A DNA stretch of 42,867 nt from an uncultured Acidimicrobiia bacterium (GTDB lineage: Bacteria > Actinomycetota > Aquicultoria > CAJVYJ01 > JAUVQD01). Numbering within the stretch: position 1 is the stretch's first letter; each line of letters begins with the position of its first letter. The notes under the pieces are model-generated. The model had not been told where the DNA came from and did no database searches. It saw only the letters and a program-made list of their open reading frames with translations. The stretch lies in assembly GCA_964196305.1 (NCBI GenBank), contig CAXMSJ010000077.1, positions 1 to 42,867 of the forward strand, given 5' to 3'. The translations under genes and the position numbers were made by a program. Below, in pieces: positions 27,166 to 36,143 of the stretch.

Positions 27166-27330
27166 CTAAGCGCAAGTACACTTCACTTGAGCTTCTCCGC
27201 AATTTTTACACTTTGGCATGCAGTGCTCGCCGCCGCAGCTGTGATCTTCGACGTGAACACTCGCTTCAGCGCCGCAGACATCGCATTTGAACCCTTCTGT
27301 CGCCCCGCCGCATGTTGAACAATTAGACAT
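27166..27330 (-). CDS. 54-aa Cys/His-rich metallothionein-like or zinc-ribbon protein
   Basis: MSNCSTCGGATEGFKCDVCGAEASVHVEDHSCGGEHCMPKCKNCGEAQVKCTCA has 10 Cys and 3 His. RBS GGGGGTGA lies upstream. The 106-aa track ORF is an over-extension. Confidence 0.8.
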   Translation of the reverse strand: MSNCSTCGGATEGFKCDVCGAEASVHVEDHSCGGEHCMPKCKNCGEAQVKCTCA

Positions 27331-27344
27331 AGTCATCACCCCCG

Positions 27345-27362
27345 ACTTTGAATATTCAAAGT
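27345..27362. promoter_or_regulatory. 18-bp perfect palindrome ACTTTGAATATTCAAAGT, putative repressor operator
   Basis: Perfect inverted repeat just upstream of the RBS of the Cys-rich gene, in the spacer shared with the divergent SQR-like gene. Confidence 0.7.
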
Positions 27363-27485
27363 AATCAGTTCCCAGCATAGCAGAGAGGATGATTTTTTGT
27401 CTTGCTTGAAAAGACGACCGGCAAGCCTGTAAAGTAGGAACGAGCCGGTGAGGCCGGAATGGCAAGCAATCTCTGGAGGGCCACA

Positions 27486-28658
27486 ATGTCCCAAAAAGTG
27501 ATCTGTGTTCTGGGCGGGGGTATCGGCGGCGTCGTCGCTGCCAACACGCTCAAAAAAACGCTTGGAGGTACTGGTCGGGTCATCCTGATCGACAAGAACC
27601 CGGACCATGTCTATGCCCCTTCGTTTCTATGGGTGTTGGCGGGTAGCCGCGAGCCTGAGCAGATAAAGCGTCCCCTGGCTCGGCTGGAACGCAAGGGCAT
27701 CGAGTTCATTAACGAAAGCGTTTCCAGTATCGATCCGGAAAAGAAGTCCTTAACGGCGGGCGCACAGACGATCGACTACGACTATCTGGTTCTGTCGCTC
27801 GGCGCTGAATCAAACATGTCGGCTATCCCCGGTCTGGATGAGGCGGCGATAAACTTGTATACCCTGGCGGGTATCGAAGGTCTCAAAAAGACCCTGGCCG
27901 AGTTTAAGCAAGGAGAAGTTATTCTCTTGATCCCATCAAACCCGTATAAGTGCCCCGCCGCGCCGTATGAGGCGGCCTTCTTGCTCGATACTCTCCTTCG
28001 TGGGGGCAAAGCGCGCGGCAAGATCAGTATCAACATTTTTACGGTAGAGCCGCTGCCAATGCCGGGGGCCGGACCGAAGATCGGGCAGACCATTAAGGAG
28101 CTGCTGGAAAGCCGTGATATTGGGTTTAATCCAAACATCGAGGTCGAGTCTATCGAGCCGGCAAGCAAGGAAATCACCTTTAAAGACGGCCAAAAGGCCC
28201 GGGCTGATTTACTGGTAACGATACCGCCACACCAGGCACCTGACGTTGTCAAAGAGGCCGGACTGACAAATGAAGCCGGCTGGGTGCCGGTGGATAAGAA
28301 CAGTCTGGAGACCCGGGTCAAGAACGTCTACGCTATCGGCGATGTGACCACGATCAAGCTAGACGGGAGATACAAGCCGGAAAAGCCGCTCATGTTGCCA
28401 AAAGCTGGAGTGTTTGCCCACGAAGAGGCGCTGGTCGTGGCAGCCAGAATTGCTGCTGATATAAAAGGAGAGTCGCCTAAGAGTGAATTTACGGGTCATG
28501 GCTCCTGCATGCTGGAGCTCGGCGATGGAACCGCCGGTTATGCCAATGGCGATTTCTATGCGGTTCCCCACCCCCTGGTTGAGATGAAAAAGCCCTCGCG
28601 CAAGTGGCACTATTACAAGATTATATTTGAAAAGTACTGGTTTTGGCGCTGGCTTTAA
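27486..28658 (+). CDS. Sulfide:quinone oxidoreductase-family FAD-dependent oxidoreductase
   Basis: GGGIGG FAD motif, YDYLVLSLG, YKCPAAPYE, VYAIGD, PKAGVFA, a second Cys in GSCMLELG, and an amphipathic C-terminus (KIIFEKYWFWRW). RBS GGAGGG precedes ATG 27486. Confidence 0.82.
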   Translation: MSQKVICVLGGGIGGVVAANTLKKTLGGTGRVILIDKNPDHVYAPSFLWVLAGSREPEQIKRPLARLERKGIEFINESVSSIDPEKKSLTAGAQTIDYDYLVLSLGAESNMSAIPGLDEAAINLYTLAGIEGLKKTLAEFKQGEVILLIPSNPYKCPAAPYEAAFLLDTLLRGGKARGKISINIFTVEPLPMPGAGPKIGQTIKELLESRDIGFNPNIEVESIEPASKEITFKDGQKARADLLVTIPPHQAPDVVKEAGLTNEAGWVPVDKNSLETRVKNVYAIGDVTTIKLDGRYKPEKPLMLPKAGVFAHEEALVVAARIAADIKGESPKSEFTGHGSCMLELGDGTAGYANGDFYAVPHPLVEMKKPSRKWHYYKIIFEKYWFWRWL

Positions 28659-29440
28659 TCAATATTCGCCGCAGACGATTGCTTCCGATCGTACCAACAC
28701 TTTGGCAGCGGTAAAGGCGGCTTGTCGGTGTTGTCGCAGTCTAATGGATTTGGAAAGATCGTCCGGTATGAGCGATTTGTGATGCGGTCATTTCTCATGA
28801 AGGTGAACTCCGATATGCGCGGGATATCAAGCTCACCTCGCTGCAAGGAGCCGCAGCAATTGTTCGGATGGATATGTACGCAAGTGTGAGTCTGCAAGAT
28901 CTTTTCAAATACGCGGATGGCTAAGCTGAAAAATGGCTTGCTCCAGAGCTGGTCTAGTTGATGAAACTCTACGACGATAATCCTCAGCCGGCGCATCAAA
29001 GCGTCGGACGTTGAGAGAAACACTTCATACTCATATCCTTCAATATCAATTTGCAGTAGAAGATCTGAGCCTGAACCCGGCAGGGATGAATCCACCCAAT
29101 GATCGAGAGTCATGAAGTCGACATTCGAGGTGGCCCCAATATATTTCTGGCTGAAATGGAACAGTTCGTGTTTTTCTGCCGGCTCCTCTACGGATTTGTC
29201 GGCCAGAAAGACCTGCATGCCTAGGTTGGCACAGTCTTTCTCGAATCCTGATATCAAACTCACTCCAGGGGAAAAACAAGCCTCTATTCCTGCCAGATCA
29301 TCCGGCACCAGATATCCGCCGTCACTGGGAGGGCCGAGTCGGACCAGCTCTTTGCCGCCGGATATGGGGTGGAGATTTTGGACCAACGATTGTAGTTTGC
29401 TCTCGTTTGTTGCCTCGGTCGGAAATGTGTCTGTCGGCAA
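28655..29440 (-). CDS. FkbM-like SAM-dependent methyltransferase
   Basis: Motifs RLGPPSDGGY, FSPGV, LLQIDIEGYE, VEFH and HIHPNN. GGAGG RBS precedes TTG 29440. Confidence 0.75.
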   Translation of the reverse strand: MPTDTFPTEATNESKLQSLVQNLHPISGGKELVRLGPPSDGGYLVPDDLAGIEACFSPGVSLISGFEKDCANLGMQVFLADKSVEEPAEKHELFHFSQKYIGATSNVDFMTLDHWVDSSLPGSGSDLLLQIDIEGYEYEVFLSTSDALMRRLRIIVVEFHQLDQLWSKPFFSLAIRVFEKILQTHTCVHIHPNNCCGSLQRGELDIPRISEFTFMRNDRITNRSYRTIFPNPLDCDNTDKPPLPLPKCWYDRKQSSAANID

Positions 29441-29489
29441 ATGCCTACCTCCCTCTCTGCTATGCACTGTTATTATAGAATAATCAACA

Positions 29490-30224
29490 ATGAAAATAGA
29501 TTATAAAAAAATAAGTGCCGGAGACCTGCATTATCTGGAAGCCAGTAGCAGGCATCCGGCAAATACGTATTTTCATTTTTCGTTCGCGAATTACTATGAC
29601 CCCAAGAACGTGAATTTCGGAGTCTTGCGAGTACTAAATGATGACGACGTGAAACCCGATAGCGGGTTTAGCACTCATCCTCACAATAATATGGAAATCT
29701 TTAGCTATGTTGTGGCCGGGAACCTTACTCATCGTGATAGTGCCGGGAATCATGAGGTGCTTGGGCGCGGACATGTGCAGTGTATTTCCGCCGGGACCGG
29801 CGTGACCCACTCTGAGCTCAATGAACAAGCAGACTGGTGCCGTTTTTTACAAATATGGATCAGCTCAGAGTCCATAGATTTACCGGTTAGATATGATATT
29901 CACAAGTACGCTTTTCCAGAAAGAGAAAACAAGTTACTACAGATCATGACCAGCTCAAAGCAGAAAGATCGAGCGCCACTCTATGTCCACCAAGACATAA
30001 ACGCCTATGTTGCCGAACTTTCCGAGAATGAGGCGTCCGTATCGTTTAGGTTGGATGAAGGTCGCCAGGCCTATGTTTATTGCTTTGAGGGAAGTATAAA
30101 CATTGATCGATACCCCTCTTTGGGAGAACGTGACTCATTGAAAGTATTTGGTGGCGCGATCATGGAGTTTTCGTTGGCTTCAGAGCGCGCTCATTTTATC
30201 ATCATTGAGATGCAGCAGCCGTAA
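29490..30224 (+). CDS. Pirin family protein (YhhW-like)
   Basis: Motifs HFSFANYYDP, FGVLRVLNDD, GFSTHPHNNMEI, SAGTGVTHSE and FLQIWI. Confidence 0.92.
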   Translation: MKIDYKKISAGDLHYLEASSRHPANTYFHFSFANYYDPKNVNFGVLRVLNDDDVKPDSGFSTHPHNNMEIFSYVVAGNLTHRDSAGNHEVLGRGHVQCISAGTGVTHSELNEQADWCRFLQIWISSESIDLPVRYDIHKYAFPERENKLLQIMTSSKQKDRAPLYVHQDINAYVAELSENEASVSFRLDEGRQAYVYCFEGSINIDRYPSLGERDSLKVFGGAIMEFSLASERAHFIIIEMQQP

Positions 30225-31851
30225 CTTTGTGAAGCTCGTAAAACGTGTGCACCAGCTGTGGATCAAATTGTGTTCCAGAGTTAGCTATTAGTTGACCCAG
30301 GGCCCCTGGTTTTGACATAGCCGGGCGGTATGGCCTAGTTGAGGTCATTCCGGAAAAGGCTTCGGCTATGGCCAATATCCGCGCTCCAAGGGGAATATCC
30401 TCCTGAGACAAGCCATCGCCATACCCCGTACCATCAAAATGCTCGTGGTGATGACGGATGATCGGGAGCGCTTCTTTCAGCTCCAAAACCCCATGCAAAA
30501 TGTCGGCCCCATGGCTCGGATGCTGGCGGATCATCAATTTTTCCGAGTTATTTAGTGAGCGCTCCCGACCCAGCAGATCCTCAGAGAGACTGGCGACCCC
30601 GATATCATGGAGTAGTCCGGCCAACTTGATTGTCTCCACTTGCGACTGAGGAAGATCCAACTTGGCTGCTAACGAGACAGCGTAGTCAGAAACCTGAGCA
30701 GCATGGCCCTGATTGAAAGCATTTCTAGACTCGACGGCCATAGCTAACGCCCGCACCGTGTTATAAAGGGCTTGGCGAGATCTATTTTTGTTCTCATCAT
30801 ACAGAGCGCGCAAGCCTAGCTGTCCAAGAATCTTGGTAGTTTGAGATAGATTCTCTTTCGACAGCTCGCGTCCCTTGACCGAAGTGCCGAGATTCATGAC
30901 GCCGATCAGCTTGTCGCCCAGCGTGACCGGGATGGAGAAGGCGGTTTCAACCTGGCTTGAGAGCAGGCCGTTTCCACTAACGTGTCGGGCGTCACTGTCT
31001 TTGATGCAGATCGCTTTCTGGTGGAGACCAACCCATCCGGTGATCCCATCCCCTAAGGCGATCCTTATTTCGGGAGTGTCTTCGCCTAAACCTGCGGTCG
31101 CCGCCAAGACCAAGCTGCTATTCTCCTCATCAAAAAGCAGAAATGAGCCGCTATCGGCCCCGCTTGTTTCGACTGCTGCTTCTAAGACTGATGTAATCCC
31201 ACCCGTGGTATCTACCTCGACGTTGGCACCGTTGGTAGAGTTAATTACTTGCTCCAGCCTGTCGGCGTGCGTCTTGCAGCTGCTAATTTCAGTGACGTTC
31301 TTCAGGATATATCCTAGCTCCAGAGCCACACTTGCAGTTCCGGCTTCATCAAGGCTCGTGAAAGACGCTAGGTCATGTTTCGCTAAGATCAGCAAGCCCA
31401 TCTCGTCGACCTTGACCATTAGGATCGAGGTGGCACCGATCTCGATCAACCCTTCGGTTAAGCCGTCATCCGGGCGGACGAGAAGGTCGGTTTTGACGTT
31501 GGGGATGTTGATCTTGGTCTGATCGGTAGCAAGAAGAGCTCCGACGGTCCCGGATATCTGGTATTTCGATCCACTCAGCCGTTCGGTTTCGGGGCCGATG
31601 GCGGCTAAAATCACCAGTTGGTCTGATTCTCGAAGACCGAAAAGAACTGTTTCCGCTCTAATGTATTGGTTCAAATACGAGATGGCTTCTTGCGAGATGC
31701 TGGGAATGTCGCCATTGTCCAGAATCGTGGGATCGATCGCCTCAACCAGTGATTTCTTGGCAACCAGAGTGCCTGAGCGACTGTGTCGCTCTTTTAGTTC
31801 TCCATGTTCCTCGACTGCCGCCTGTGGCTTTCGAGTGGCTTTTCCTCGCAC
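30202..31851 (-). CDS. GAF-GAF-HD-GYP protein with a degenerate catalytic motif
   Basis: Two GAF-like regions (e.g. LGDGITGWVG...SIPVTLGDKLIGVMNL), then LLHDIGV, HHHEHFDGTGYG, IPLGARILAIAEAF and RPYR. Confidence 0.88.
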   Translation of the reverse strand: MRGKATRKPQAAVEEHGELKERHSRSGTLVAKKSLVEAIDPTILDNGDIPSISQEAISYLNQYIRAETVLFGLRESDQLVILAAIGPETERLSGSKYQISGTVGALLATDQTKINIPNVKTDLLVRPDDGLTEGLIEIGATSILMVKVDEMGLLILAKHDLASFTSLDEAGTASVALELGYILKNVTEISSCKTHADRLEQVINSTNGANVEVDTTGGITSVLEAAVETSGADSGSFLLFDEENSSLVLAATAGLGEDTPEIRIALGDGITGWVGLHQKAICIKDSDARHVSGNGLLSSQVETAFSIPVTLGDKLIGVMNLGTSVKGRELSKENLSQTTKILGQLGLRALYDENKNRSRQALYNTVRALAMAVESRNAFNQGHAAQVSDYAVSLAAKLDLPQSQVETIKLAGLLHDIGVASLSEDLLGRERSLNNSEKLMIRQHPSHGADILHGVLELKEALPIIRHHHEHFDGTGYGDGLSQEDIPLGARILAIAEAFSGMTSTRPYRPAMSKPGALGQLIANSGTQFDPQLVHTFYELHKVTAAASQ

Positions 31852-31900
31852 CGCACACCACCTTTTGGAATCTTAAGAATAGTCGATATTCTGATACAGG

Positions 31901-32719
31901 TCACACTTTGGACTGGCGCCAAAAACGTAATGCCAGACCGAGCGCAATAGCCGCCGCGACAACTATACCTAGAATGAGGGCGACCGGAGATCCATCAGCC
32001 GATGGCGATTCCTCAGCTTCCTCCACTACTGCGGGCTCAGCTGGGGCGGCCAGAGTATCTGAATCAATCTGGCTCGACTCCTCCTCAGCAGGCTCATCCG
32101 CCGGCATTTCTTCACTGGCTATGGTTACGTCGACCGCCTCTTCGTCAGTTGCATCAAGTTCGTCCGTAACTGTTAAAGTGGCCGTATATCCGCCGGGCCT
32201 GGCGTAACTATGTGTTACTTGCCGCCCCTCGGCAGTGGTGCCATCTCCAAAATCCCAGGCATAATTGAAGATAGGGTAGCTGGCTGATGAGTTCGTGCCA
32301 TCAAAGTTGATATCCTCGCCGGTCATAGCGGAATTCATGTCTGTCACGATCTGGGCTTTTGGAGCGGTGTGGGCGATAACGACGGCCAGTTGGCCGATCT
32401 CGACCCAAGGACCGGACGGTTCGTTGCTCCCCATTCCCTCCGGGTCGATGTCGATCGGGCGCACCTTGATAACGTACAGGCCATCGGCAGCGTAGGTATG
32501 GGTGATCTCGCCCTGGTGTCCGCCCCGGATAACCTCGCTGCCATCCCCAAAGTCGATTTCAAAAATCTGGCTGTCAACCGAGTCTCTCCAAGAATTGCCA
32601 AAAGAGTTCGGAGTCAGCTTGAATTCTTCGCCGACCTCAACGGCGGGCTCGGCTAAAGCCAGCTGTGGGATCGTTAGCAGGAAAGTTAGGATTAGAAACA
32701 GGACAGATAATGCTCGCAT
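31901..32719 (-). CDS. PKD-domain surface protein with a C-terminal membrane anchor
   Basis: Signal peptide, two PKD motifs (IDFGDG...HTY; WDFGDG...HSY..PG.YTATLTVTD), an acidic Pro/Ala linker, a TM helix and a basic tail. Confidence 0.85.
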   Translation of the reverse strand: MRALSVLFLILTFLLTIPQLALAEPAVEVGEEFKLTPNSFGNSWRDSVDSQIFEIDFGDGSEVIRGGHQGEITHTYAADGLYVIKVRPIDIDPEGMGSNEPSGPWVEIGQLAVVIAHTAPKAQIVTDMNSAMTGEDINFDGTNSSASYPIFNYAWDFGDGTTAEGRQVTHSYARPGGYTATLTVTDELDATDEEAVDVTIASEEMPADEPAEEESSQIDSDTLAAPAEPAVVEEAEESPSADGSPVALILGIVVAAAIALGLALRFWRQSKV

Positions 32720-32810
32720 GTGGTACACCCCTTTAGACGGATTAGTTGATTTACCTACAACCCTACGCAAAATGCTTGCGATCAGTCAATCAACTACATA
32801 TTCTAAGCTC

Positions 32811-33245
32811 ATGAGCAAAACACTACCGGCACACCGGTCCGAATACGCCGCCCTCCTCAAGCGGTTTCCTGCCTACGCCAGATTGAGCAAGCATTTGGTG
32901 ACAGAGGCGCGCCTGACAAGAAAACAGAAAGTTATCCTGAGCACCGGACTAGTGTACCTGGCTTCGCCGATCGATCTGATACCCGGATTCATCCCGGTTC
33001 TTGGCCAACTCGACGACATCCTGGTGCTATTGTTATGTTTGCGCCAAGTTGTTCGCGAATATGATGAAGAAAAAGTTGACCAGATGCTCGCCGCTCAAGA
33101 CCTGAGCCGCGAGCAGATAGATGAAGACATTGTCTTGGTGAAAGAGACGATGAAAGCTATTGCTAAAAAGACCGCCTCGGTCGTTTGGGGCGGACTCAGC
33201 CGAGCGGGCCAAGCAGCGCTAGGCAAGATCAGGTCCAGGCCTTAA
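32811..33245 (+). CDS. YkvA/DUF1232 family protein
   Basis: YLASPIDLIPGFIPVLGQLDD signature. TTGCGA-17-TATTCT ends 6 nt before ATG 32811. Confidence 0.9.
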   Translation: MSKTLPAHRSEYAALLKRFPAYARLSKHLVTEARLTRKQKVILSTGLVYLASPIDLIPGFIPVLGQLDDILVLLLCLRQVVREYDEEKVDQMLAAQDLSREQIDEDIVLVKETMKAIAKKTASVVWGGLSRAGQAALGKIRSRP

Positions 33246-33281
33246 ATCGCAGTCGTGGTACTCCGATGATAAAATAAGGAT

Positions 33282-33430
33282 ATGACGCAGGTCTTGAGCA
33301 TTCTAATAACAGGCTTTGAGCTAGCGGGCTTGTTGGCCCCGACCACGTGCGCGAGCGTCTCATCCGGATCGAGTTTGGCCACGGGTCATCCTAGCGCTGG
33401 AGTTTTTCGTCGGCGCCGAAATATCACTTG
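33282..33430 (+). pseudogene. Frameshifted, internally deleted remnant of a DUF1622-like membrane protein gene
   Basis: Fragments MTQVLSILITGFELAG, ...RLIRIEFGH and VILALEFFVGAEI are separated by frameshifts. They resemble the family motif R..LG..L.L.LEF.V.ADI. Confidence 0.55.
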
Positions 33431-33449
33431 TTTTTGAAAATAAGGTTCG

Positions 33450-34187
33450 CTATTTGAGCATGACAAGATGGTCGTTGTCGAAGAGCGGAACGACCGCGAT
33501 CCCGAGTTTTTCATAAAGTACCGGCGGCACTCCAATATCGGCCAAGTACATCTCGCCGACGTATTCTTTCGCCCTTGGCGCCAGCAAGCCGATTTTAGGA
33601 AGCGCCAAGGTCATCGTGGCCTTGGCGTGAACACAAGGCCCGGGAGCTTCTCCTGTTGTAGTGTTGAGACCTGAAGGGGTGTCGAGGGCAAGGGTTGGTG
33701 CCTCAACGGTGTTGATGACTTCAATCATCTCACCCGGCCATCCCGTCGCCGGCCCGACGATACCATACCCGATAAGAGCATCGACTATTACGTCAGCCTG
33801 GCTCAACGAAGAGAGAGTTGAGCGTTTGAGGCCCAGCTCTATCGAGACTGGAAGTTTTTGCACGATGCGCCATTGTTTTTCCGGAATACCCGAGAATGTG
33901 TCTGACTCCGCCAACACTTGAACGCCGGCACCCCAATCGCTGAGATGTCGGGCAGCGACTAGCCCGCCGCCACCATTGTTCCCTCGCCCCACGGCCACGG
34001 CAATGTGTTTGCCGGCAACACTCCCACCGATGACATGCCGGACTAGTTCGGCCAGAGTGCGCCCGGCGTTTTCCATCATTTGTATAAGCTGGATTCCAAA
34101 CTCTTCAGCCATGAGCCGATCAACTTTGCGCATCGTCTCCGTGGAGATGGCCGGCGCCGCGACTTTAATTGGGAATCGACGGTTCAT
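33450..34187 (-). CDS. nnrE: NAD(P)H-hydrate epimerase (stand-alone YjeF N-terminal domain)
   Basis: Motifs MMENAG, GRGNNGGGG..AARHL, VDALIGYG, LDTPSG, TMTLALPK.GL and ADIGVP. Confidence 0.88.
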   Translation of the reverse strand: MNRRFPIKVAAPAISTETMRKVDRLMAEEFGIQLIQMMENAGRTLAELVRHVIGGSVAGKHIAVAVGRGNNGGGGLVAARHLSDWGAGVQVLAESDTFSGIPEKQWRIVQKLPVSIELGLKRSTLSSLSQADVIVDALIGYGIVGPATGWPGEMIEVINTVEAPTLALDTPSGLNTTTGEAPGPCVHAKATMTLALPKIGLLAPRAKEYVGEMYLADIGVPPVLYEKLGIAVVPLFDNDHLVMLK

Positions 34188-34220
34188 TTCAGTATTATCA
34201 CACGACTATTACGCATGGGC

Positions 34221-34943
34221 TTAGGAGGGCAACAGCAATAACTTAATACCCACAAGAAAAAGAAAGGCAGTTACAACAGTGCGAAACTGTTCTTGTGGAA
34301 TTTTATTGATTATCTTTTTTGCAAAATACGCTCCGATAAATGAAGCTGGGATGAACAGCAATAAACCACGAAGAAGCGCGTTATCCAGGCGAACCCCGCT
34401 GGCGATGTAGGTCGCAATTCTCGATGAGTCGACAGCAAAAGCTATTGCTCCTGCAGTTGCGATATAGATTGCTTTTGGTAAGTCAAACGCTGTCAAAAAA
34501 ATGCTCCGGATGGCGCCGCCAACGCCGAATATCCCTGCAAAAAAGCCAGAAAGAGCACCGCCAAAAACGGCCACGCGATTGCTTTGTTGCAGCTTGAATG
34601 AGGGCTTAATAAACAAGAAAGTGACGTAAACGATCAAGAATCCACCGAGAATTTGCGAAAGCAAAGTATCTGAAATTGAAAAGATAGCGCGTGCGCCGAT
34701 AAAGGTGGCGATAATTCCGGGAATCCCAAAACTCAAAATGAGCTTCCAATTTATCCCTTGTCGAAACAGAAGGATTTTCCAAATGTCGCCGAACCAGTGA
34801 ATAATGCCGACGAGCAGAAGTGTCTGAGGCAGTGGTAGATACAGCAACAAAACCGGGACCATGGTCGTTGAGGTGCCGAAGCCGGTAAGCGTGCCTATGC
34901 CGCTCGCGAGAATTGTTAACAGTCCGATGTAAATAATTTCCAT
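34221..34943 (-). CDS. Sulfite exporter TauE/SafE family protein
   Basis: About 8 TM helices with the repeated GTLTGFG / GFFAGIFGVGG motif. The DNA is AT-richer than the flanks. Confidence 0.85.
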   Translation of the reverse strand: MEIIYIGLLTILASGIGTLTGFGTSTTMVPVLLLYLPLPQTLLLVGIIHWFGDIWKILLFRQGINWKLILSFGIPGIIATFIGARAIFSISDTLLSQILGGFLIVYVTFLFIKPSFKLQQSNRVAVFGGALSGFFAGIFGVGGAIRSIFLTAFDLPKAIYIATAGAIAFAVDSSRIATYIASGVRLDNALLRGLLLFIPASFIGAYFAKKIINKIPQEQFRTVVTAFLFLVGIKLLLLPS

Positions 34944-35075
34944 AAATTAGACGGGTTGTTTTTCTCCAACTCCAACTTGCTATAATATTAAAGTAACACA
35001 ACAAGCAGCCCTGCCGGACGGCAAAGTGCTCCGTCGGCGCTCTCAAGCGCTATACACTTAACTGGAAAGGTAAAA

Positions 35076-36143
35076 ATGGAAAACAAAGCTCTTCAAAAAA
35101 GTCTTCAGGATGTCTTTGCCGCAAAAAATCCTGAATGGGAAGATATTAGAATTGAAAATCTTGAACTGCAATCATTCGAAAAAACGAATGTACTATCGGA
35201 TATTTACTTTTTTGATTTATCGATAAACGAGAATTCACAAAACAAACAATTCAACTTGGTTTTAAAGCTTGGTCTTGGGACTGATAAAAGCACTGATGCG
35301 GTTTGGGCAAGCGAACAACAAGTAATGAGCAAGTTGTATGAATGCGGATACTCTGTCCCGCGAATCTTTGGCTTCGGAGAAAGCTTAGTTCCCGATCGTG
35401 GTGCCTTTTTTGTGATGGAACGGATAAGAGGCAAGAATCTTAGTGAGTTGATAGATGGGAACATGGATAACGCCCAGGCATTAAACGGGCATTTGGATCG
35501 CTACGCTGAGTTGATGGTCGAATTGCACAATTTTAAATGCAATGAAGAGATGCTAAATATTGGTCGGAAAAATGAAATGTTTACATCGGGGCATGCTGAC
35601 CCAGTTGCTATTTTTGTAGAGGATTACCTTAAGTTCGCCGATCACATTAAGTACGATACTTTGAGCAGTATTCTTACTTCGCTATTGTCGGAATCAAGAA
35701 AGCTCGAGATACCCCTGGAGCTCGGAATTACACATGGGGATTTTCAAACAGATAACGTGCTAGTGCAAGAAAGTGGCGGTTTTTGCGTCATTGACTGGGG
35801 GTTTGCCAGAACAGCTGACATTAGACTGGATATTCATTGGTCCAATTTGCTGAATAGGTTCAGGCATAATGAGCAGGTTAGCGAAGAAATCTATGCTCTT
35901 TATTTAAAACGTCAAGAAAGAGTATTAACAGACAATCCCTTTTTCGAGGTTCTTTCCATGGCAAGACTACTGATAGGGCTGGCCCAATTAGCGTTTCGTT
36001 CAAAAAATTATCACGAAAATGTTAGCAAGTTTATTCAGCACGTGGACACGGGCTATATGAAAAGAAGAATTTCAGAAATCACTGAACTAACCCTACCCGA
36101 TCTTGAATCTGATTTTAGGCAAGCTACGGGAGTCAAAGTTTGA
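35076..36143 (+). CDS. Aminoglycoside phosphotransferase (APH)/kinase-like family protein
   Basis: Motifs LVLK, VPRI, FFVMERIRG, Brenner motif HGDFQTDN and IDWG. The DNA is markedly AT-rich. Confidence 0.85.
   Translation: MENKALQKSLQDVFAAKNPEWEDIRIENLELQSFEKTNVLSDIYFFDLSINENSQNKQFNLVLKLGLGTDKSTDAVWASEQQVMSKLYECGYSVPRIFGFGESLVPDRGAFFVMERIRGKNLSELIDGNMDNAQALNGHLDRYAELMVELHNFKCNEEMLNIGRKNEMFTSGHADPVAIFVEDYLKFADHIKYDTLSSILTSLLSESRKLEIPLELGITHGDFQTDNVLVQESGGFCVIDWGFARTADIRLDIHWSNLLNRFRHNEQVSEEIYALYLKRQERVLTDNPFFEVLSMARLLIGLAQLAFRSKNYHENVSKFIQHVDTGYMKRRISEITELTLPDLESDFRQATGVKV

Noticed and set aside
32502-32810. Long N-terminal extensions of track ORFs (DUF1232 from 32502; likewise SDR from 41518, MNT from 40558, copA from 25522)
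   Set aside because: The extensions overlap opposite-strand genes, promoters or operators. Downstream starts fit the family lengths and promoter positions.
35076-36143. APH-family gene as an aminoglycoside-resistance determinant
   Set aside because: Only the generic kinase motifs are visible. Its length and N-terminus fit the broad phosphotransferase family, so resistance cannot be claimed.
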